Below the pieces are notes generated by a model. It made no database searches. It saw only the letters and a program-made list of their open reading frames with translations, and was not told the origin of the DNA. This document shows positions 60,376 through 64,000 of a stretch of 64,000 nucleotides of DNA, piece by piece. Made by a program: the position numbers and the translations under genes. Source of the DNA: an uncultured delta proteobacterium (lineage in GTDB: Bacteria; Desulfobacterota; Desulfobacteria; Desulfobacterales; QNYZ01). Within the stretch, counting starts at the first letter, position 1; every line of letters begins with the position of its first letter. The DNA is taken from positions 96,001 through 160,000 of the forward strand of contig CAWJQU010000008.1 in the NCBI GenBank assembly GCA_963845145.1. The letters are read 5' to 3'.

Positions 60376-62052
60376 GTGGACAACACGCGAGAGGAATTGC
60401 CTTTTGATGTCCTTTTTATAGGCGGCGGACCGGCCAATCTGGCCGGGGCAATCCACTTGACCCGTCTGGCAGAGAAAAAGGGCCTCGAAATCGAAGTGGG
60501 GTTGATCGAAAAAGGCGATGAAATCGGTGCCCATTCCTTAAGCGGTGCCATTCTCGATCCAGCTGCCCTTATAGAATTGATACCCGACTACAAGGACAAA
60601 GGTTGTCCTATCGAGTCGTCCGAATGCAGGGATGAATTCTACTTTCTAACGGCCCACCGGCGTCATAAGGTTCCGTTTGTTCCCAAATATCTGCACAATA
60701 AAGGGTGCCACATTATCAGCCTGTCAAAGCTTACGCGCTGGCTGGCAGACATCGCCGAATCAGCAGGCGTCAATATTTTCCCCGGCTTTGCGGGCACCGA
60801 TGTAATTTTCGATTCGAACGGCCATTCGATTTTAGGCGTGGGAACCGGAGATAAAGGGATTGATGTTGAAGGTAAGAAAAAATCGAACTATGAGCCGGGG
60901 GTCGATCTAACGGCTCGTGTGACGGTTTTCGGTGAGGGTTCCAAAGGAAGCCTGATTCGCGAAATCGACCGTAAACTTGACATTTTCCCCAAACACATGC
61001 CCCAGGTCTTTGAAACCGCCGTGAAGGAAGTCATTGAACTGCCCGAAACCAGCCCTTTTCTCCATTCCGATTCCTCGGTTGTCCACACCTTTGGCTATCC
61101 CCTGGGACTCGATACCAAAGGCGGCGCTTTTTTATACAAAATGGCCAATAACCGGATCTCACTGGGGTTGGTGGTGGGGCTTGATTATGCATCGGCCATG
61201 CTCGAGCCATACAAGTCCTTCATGCGACTAAAAAAGCACCCCTATGTTGCCGAACTCATCGCCGGAGGCAAAGTACTGCAACAAGGGGCCAAGACCCTCT
61301 CCGCCGGTGGATACTACACCATGCCCAGGTTAGCGGTAAATGGCGCCCTCTTTGTGGGAGATAGCGCCTCCATGTTGAATTCCCAGCGGCTAAAAGGGAT
61401 TCATACCGCCATGAAATCGGGGATGCTGGCAGCGGAAACCATCATCGAAGCCTTTGAAAAAGATGATTTTTCCCGCCAAACCCTCAGCCTCTATGAAAAC
61501 AAAGTCAAACGGAGCTGGATTCACACTGAGCAGTACGCAGCCCGCAATTTTTGCCAGGCTCTATCGAAAAAGGGCCCTGCCAAATTGATTCATTTAAGTG
61601 CCCAGTACATAACCGACGGACGGGGAATTAAAGACCCGATGGCCATCGAAGCCGACCACGCTGCCATGAGACCTATCGAAAAATCGGTCGGAAAATCGGT
61701 TGCTACGGATAACCCGGGCGGTGACACATATGACGGCGAACTTTATGTGGACAAGCTCACCGGCGTCTACCTGTCGGGCACAAAGCACATTGAGGACCAG
61801 CCCTGCCATCTGGTCGTGGGTGACTTCGACCTCTGTACCAACCAGTGCTATGAAGTGTATCGAAACCCGTGCACCCGATTTTGCCCTGCCCAGGTTTACG
61901 AAATGGTCGAAGAGACGCGCGGCGACAGACATCTTAAGTTGAACCCTTCCAACTGTCTGCACTGCAAGACATGTGAAATCAAGGACCCTTATCAAAATAT
62001 CACCTGGACCTGCCCGGAAGGCGGCGGCGGGCCGAAATACTCAATCACATAA
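60376..62052 (+). CDS. ETF:quinone oxidoreductase (FAD + C-terminal [4Fe-4S])
   Basis: IGGGPA, EKG..IGAH.LSGA, KGIHTAMKSGMLAAE, CPAQVY, NCLHCKTCEIKDP, PEGGGGP. Confidence 0.93.
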   Translation: MDNTREELPFDVLFIGGGPANLAGAIHLTRLAEKKGLEIEVGLIEKGDEIGAHSLSGAILDPAALIELIPDYKDKGCPIESSECRDEFYFLTAHRRHKVPFVPKYLHNKGCHIISLSKLTRWLADIAESAGVNIFPGFAGTDVIFDSNGHSILGVGTGDKGIDVEGKKKSNYEPGVDLTARVTVFGEGSKGSLIREIDRKLDIFPKHMPQVFETAVKEVIELPETSPFLHSDSSVVHTFGYPLGLDTKGGAFLYKMANNRISLGLVVGLDYASAMLEPYKSFMRLKKHPYVAELIAGGKVLQQGAKTLSAGGYYTMPRLAVNGALFVGDSASMLNSQRLKGIHTAMKSGMLAAETIIEAFEKDDFSRQTLSLYENKVKRSWIHTEQYAARNFCQALSKKGPAKLIHLSAQYITDGRGIKDPMAIEADHAAMRPIEKSVGKSVATDNPGGDTYDGELYVDKLTGVYLSGTKHIEDQPCHLVVGDFDLCTNQCYEVYRNPCTRFCPAQVYEMVEETRGDRHLKLNPSNCLHCKTCEIKDPYQNITWTCPEGGGGPKYSIT

Positions 62053-62107
62053 GCCAATTGGATTTATGATAAACCGTTAACTCATTTAACCCGTTCAGGA
62101 GGTAGCA

Positions 62108-63292
62108 ATGCGTGAAGTAGTCATTTTAGGTGCTGGCCGCACGGCCGGTGGAAAATTCGGTGGTTCACTAAAAACATTGACCGCACCGGATTTCGGTGCA
62201 GCAGTCGTCAAAGAGACCATTCAGCGCGCCGGTATCTCACCGGATGCAATCGACCAAACAATTTTCGGCAATGCCTGGCAGGCAGGCGTCGGTCCTAACC
62301 CGGCCCGTCTGACCGCCGTTAAAGGCGGGGTGCCCCATGACGCACCGGCGGTATCCGTGAATGTGCGTTGCGGCTCCAGCGTTCAAGCCTTTATGATGGG
62401 AGCCCAGGCCATCAAGGCCGAAGATGTCGACACCGTGCTGGTTGGCGGCACCGAGAGTGCCAACAATGTTCCTTACGCTTTACCCAAGGCCAGATTTGGA
62501 TATCGCATGGGCAAAGGGGCTTTGGTGGATTTAATGCATCATGACGGCTTCTTGTGTCCCCTGGGTGGCGGCCTGATGGGCGAACTGACCGATACGTATG
62601 CCAAAGATTTGGGAATCACCCGCGAAGAACAGGATGAATTTGCGGCTGATTGTCATAATAAAACGGAAGCAGCGGTCAAAGCCGGAAAATTTGAGGCCGA
62701 GATCGTCCCTGTCGAAATACCGGGAAGAAAGGGTCAAGTTACGGTATTCAAAGATGAGGAAATCTACCGTGAAGGCGTCACCGCCGATTCGCTGGGCAAA
62801 TTGAGACCGGTGTTTAATCGTGACGGCACGGTCACGGCTGGTAACGCCTGTGCCCTGTGCGATGCTGCGGCGGCCCAGGTGATCATGGATCGCGAAAAAG
62901 CCAAATCATTAGGATTAGAGCCCATGGCCCTGGTTCGAGGATATGCTTTTGTCGGATATGATCCCGAACGTTTTGGCCTGTCTCCAATTAAGGCCATCCC
63001 GGCCGCATTGGATCAAGCCGGGCTCTCTTTGGCCGACATTGATCTGATCGAGTTAAATGAAGCTTTCGCGGCCCAATACATTGCCTGCGAACGCGGGCTC
63101 GATATTGATCGCAGCAAGGTTAATGTGAACGGCGGGGCCATTGCGCTGGGTCATCCCGTGGCGGCCACCGGCTCTAAAATATTAACGACACTTTTGTACG
63201 CCATGAAAGATCGCGATGTGCAGTTCGGCCTGGTAAGTGCCTGCGTCGGCGGTGGTAACGGTGTTGCACTGGTCGTTGAAAGACTCAACTAA
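62108..63292 (+). CDS. Acetyl-CoA C-acyltransferase (thiolase)
   Basis: NVRCGSS (catalytic Cys), NEAFAAQ, GGAIALGHP, ACVGGG. Confidence 0.95.
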   Translation: MREVVILGAGRTAGGKFGGSLKTLTAPDFGAAVVKETIQRAGISPDAIDQTIFGNAWQAGVGPNPARLTAVKGGVPHDAPAVSVNVRCGSSVQAFMMGAQAIKAEDVDTVLVGGTESANNVPYALPKARFGYRMGKGALVDLMHHDGFLCPLGGGLMGELTDTYAKDLGITREEQDEFAADCHNKTEAAVKAGKFEAEIVPVEIPGRKGQVTVFKDEEIYREGVTADSLGKLRPVFNRDGTVTAGNACALCDAAAAQVIMDREKAKSLGLEPMALVRGYAFVGYDPERFGLSPIKAIPAALDQAGLSLADIDLIELNEAFAAQYIACERGLDIDRSKVNVNGGAIALGHPVAATGSKILTTLLYAMKDRDVQFGLVSACVGGGNGVALVVERLN

Positions 63293-63315
63293 AAAATATA
63301 GATGGAGGTATCCAC

Positions 63316-64000
63316 ATGACGATAAAAAATGTTCTCGTAATCGGCGCCGGCACCATGGGCGGCGGCATTGCCCAATTATGCGCCCAGCAGGGAATGAACG
63401 CCACAATCAGTGATATTGACCTCGCTTTGTCCGACGCGGCTAAAGCGCGCATCGAAAAGGGGCTGGCCAAACGCGTGGCCAAAGGTAAGGTAACCGAAGA
63501 CGAAAAAAACAGTATCCTTTCTAAAATTTCCACCGCCGGCGATTTATCACCGGCCAAATCGGCCGATGTCATCATTGAAAGTGTGGTCGAAAACATGGAA
63601 ATCAAAAAAAAGGTATTTGCTGAGATCGATCGTTTGGCGCCGGCGGAGACCTTTTTCGCCACCAACACCACATCCCTTTCCATTTCAGATATGGCGGCCG
63701 CCACCAATCGGCCCGAAAAAGTCATCCAGATGCACTTTTTCAATCCACCCACGATCATGAAGCTGGTTGAGATTATGCCCGGTAAAAAAACGTCACCGGA
63801 GACTGTGGCCATGGCAGAGGCCTTTGCACACCAGATGGGAAAAGACCCGGTTGTCTGTAAAAACGAAGCACCGGCCGGTATCGTCAGCCGAATCCTGGGC
63901 CAACTACTCAACGAGGCCACCTGGCTGGTCGCGTCCGGTGTCGCTGAGGCCGCCGACATAGACAAAGCGATGAAGCTCGGCGCCAATCATCCCATGGGGC
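63316..64000 (+). CDS. 3-hydroxyacyl-CoA dehydrogenase (partial; runs off the window)
   Basis: Manual translation from ATG 63316: MTIKNVLVIGAGTMGGGIAQ...IESVVE...ATNTTSLSI...MHFFNPP...HPMG; GGAGG SD. Confidence 0.93.
   Translation, partial: MTIKNVLVIGAGTMGGGIAQLCAQQGMNATISDIDLALSDAAKARIEKGLAKRVAKGKVTEDEKNSILSKISTAGDLSPAKSADVIIESVVENMEIKKKVFAEIDRLAPAETFFATNTTSLSISDMAAATNRPEKVIQMHFFNPPTIMKLVEIMPGKKTSPETVAMAEAFAHQMGKDPVVCKNEAPAGIVSRILGQLLNEATWLVASGVAEAADIDKAMKLGANHPMG

Overview
64-kb chromosomal window, most likely from a Desulfobacterales-type deltaproteobacterium. This is inferred from gene content: a stand-alone F0 operon atpZ-I-B-E, a fused HisHF, a second dnaA, and a non-decarboxylating glutaryl-CoA dehydrogenase. 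Most of it is housekeeping: the liv ABC transporter, hisHF, pgk, radC, gpsA, gyrA, uvrA, F0 genes, yicC-remA-gmk-rlmB-comF-pgeF-pyrK and a long envelope operon (lysS, lolE/D, bamA, skp, lpxD, fabZ, lpxA, gnnA-like, lpxB, msbA, lptF/G, lpxK). An AT-rich, decayed accessory patch occupies about 1-2.5 kb. A GntR-associated glutaryl-CoA/ETF/ETF-QO/thiolase/hydroxyacyl-CoA dehydrogenase cluster runs off the right end. Several things are not visible in the ORF track. (1) The DsbA/FrnE-like gene is a probable selenoprotein, with a UxxC motif from an in-frame TGA and a SECIS-like hairpin. (2) A 51-aa membrane microprotein with a structured, terminator-containing leader lies upstream of an AI-2E transporter. 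(3) The DnaA paralog has altered DNA-recognition residues and sits next to a 14-bp-periodic repeat. (4) There are two MITE-like elements, a probable four-helix-bundle cassette scar and a TfoX fragment. (5) uvrA and suhB are probably leaderless. (6) Single-base frameshifts in bamA, the dnaA paralog and suhB are most likely assembly errors. I saw no rRNA, tRNA, CRISPR array, prophage or intact transposase, and I found no clearly new multi-gene system; the candidates below are ranked accordingly.
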